Shown piece after piece: positions 51,547-52,782 of a DNA stretch of 52,782 nt. Position 1 is the first letter of the stretch. Each line of letters opens with the position of its first letter. The translations under genes were made by a program, and so were the position numbers. The notes beneath the pieces were generated by a model that saw only the letters and a list, made by a program, of their open reading frames with translations, was not told where the DNA came from and did not search any database. The DNA is from a virus. Its lineage: Duplodnaviria; Heunggongvirae; Uroviricota; Caudoviricetes. The stretch lies in IMG/VR virus record IMGVR_UViG_2718218129_000002. One strand, given 5' to 3'.

Positions 51547-52782
51547 ATGTCTAAATTACCAACAGGTGTCGAGATTAGAGGTAGATACATTCGCATCTGG
51601 TTCATGTTTCGAGGAAAACGATGTCGGGAAACATTAAAAGGCTGGGAGATTACAAACAGTAATATTAAAAAGGCCGGAAATTTAAGATCGCTGATAGTTC
51701 ATGAAATAAACTCCGGTGAATTTGAGTATTTAAGACGTTTTCCCCTGTCCAGCACTGGGGCAAAAATGGTGACAACGAGAGTCATAAAAACGTTCGGAGA
51801 GCTTTGTGATATCTGGACAAAAATTAAAGAGACAGAGTTAACAACAAACACAATGAAGAAAACGAAATCACAATTAAAAACACTCAGAATAATAATTTGT
51901 GAAAGTACCCCGATATCACATATTCGTTATAGCGATATCTTAAACTACCGGAATGAACTGCTGCATGGAGAAACGCTTTACCTGGATAATCCAAGATCCA
52001 ACAAAAAAGGAAGAACCGTGCGCACAGTTGATAACTATATCGCCCTGCTCTGTTCGCTGTTGCGTTTTGCGTATCAGTCGGGATTTATATCAACTAAACC
52101 ATTTGAAGGAGTAAAAAAATTACAGCGAAACAGAATAAAGCCTGATCCTTTATCTAAAACAGAATTCAATGCATTAATGGAAAGTGAAAAAGGACAGAGC
52201 CAGAACTTGTGGAAATTTGCCGTTTACTCAGGACTTCGTCACGGGGAACTGGCAGCTCTGGCGTGGGAGGATGTGGATCTCGAAAAGGGAATAGTGAATG
52301 TCAGAAGAAACCTGACGATACTTGATATGTTCGGTCCCCCAAAAACAAATGCCGGGATCCGAACAGTAACACTACTGCAGCCTGCTCTTGAAGCACTGAA
52401 GGAGCAATACAAACTGACCGGGCATCATCGCAAAAGCGAAATCACCTTTTATCATCGGGAGTACGGCAGAACCGAAAAGCAAAAACTGCATTTTGTTTTC
52501 ATGCCCAGGGTGTGTAACGGAAAACAAAAACCTTATTACTCGGTAAGCAGTTTGGGGGCAAGGTGGAATGCAGCAGTAAAACGTGCTGGTATTCGCCGCC
52601 GTAATCCGTACCATACGCGGCATACTTTTGCCTGCTGGCTGTTGACGGCAGGAGCGAACCCGGCATTTATAGCCAGCCAAATGGGGCATGAAACTGCGCA
52701 GATGGTGTATGAAATTTACGGTATGTGGATTGATGACATGAACGACGAACAGATAGCCATGTTGAATGCGCGGTTATCGTAG
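51547..52782 (+). CDS. intR: tyrosine integrase IntR
   Basis: 411 aa; C-terminal catalytic region with RHTFACWLL and HETAQMVYEIYG motifs; ends at the window edge. Confidence 0.9.
   Translation: MSKLPTGVEIRGRYIRIWFMFRGKRCRETLKGWEITNSNIKKAGNLRSLIVHEINSGEFEYLRRFPLSSTGAKMVTTRVIKTFGELCDIWTKIKETELTTNTMKKTKSQLKTLRIIICESTPISHIRYSDILNYRNELLHGETLYLDNPRSNKKGRTVRTVDNYIALLCSLLRFAYQSGFISTKPFEGVKKLQRNRIKPDPLSKTEFNALMESEKGQSQNLWKFAVYSGLRHGELAALAWEDVDLEKGIVNVRRNLTILDMFGPPKTNAGIRTVTLLQPALEALKEQYKLTGHHRKSEITFYHREYGRTEKQKLHFVFMPRVCNGKQKPYYSVSSLGARWNAAVKRAGIRRRNPYHTRHTFACWLLTAGANPAFIASQMGHETAQMVYEIYGMWIDDMNDEQIAMLNARLS

Noticed and set aside
1-52782. CRISPR arrays, IS elements or rRNA genes
   Set aside because: No regularly spaced direct repeats, no transposase-like ORF with terminal inverted repeats, and no rRNA-like sequence seen anywhere in the window.

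Overview
This window is an essentially complete lambdoid prophage of the E. coli Rac type, read from the tail-fibre end (pinR, tfaR, stfR) to the integrase (intR, ending at base 52782). It carries in order: an invertase; a lambda-like tail module (Stf, Tfa, Lom, J, I, K, L, M, tape measure, a G/GT chaperone pair with a -1 frameshift site, major tail); a head module (connector proteins, capsid, scaffold, head morphogenesis, portal, TerL, TerS); a ParB-like nuclease with an unknown enzyme; the trkG moron; a pinholin/SAR-endolysin/Rz/Rz1 lysis cassette; two lipoproteins resembling TolA C-terminal domain; a Q-like regulator and nin-region genes; a hok/mok/sok toxin-antitoxin; an AT-rich accessory island with a dGTPase; replication and immunity genes; and the kilR-recET-ralR-xis-int early-left operon. 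The most interesting content is in the accessory cargo: the TolA-domain-III-like lipoprotein pair and the four-gene AT-rich island (zinc-ribbon protein, MBL-fold protein, unknown protein, HD-domain dGTPase) are the best candidates for undescribed or poorly described defence/exclusion functions. All homology statements rest on reading the translated ORFs against sequences and motifs I recall; no database search was run, and gene starts were adjusted by eye using Shine-Dalgarno context.
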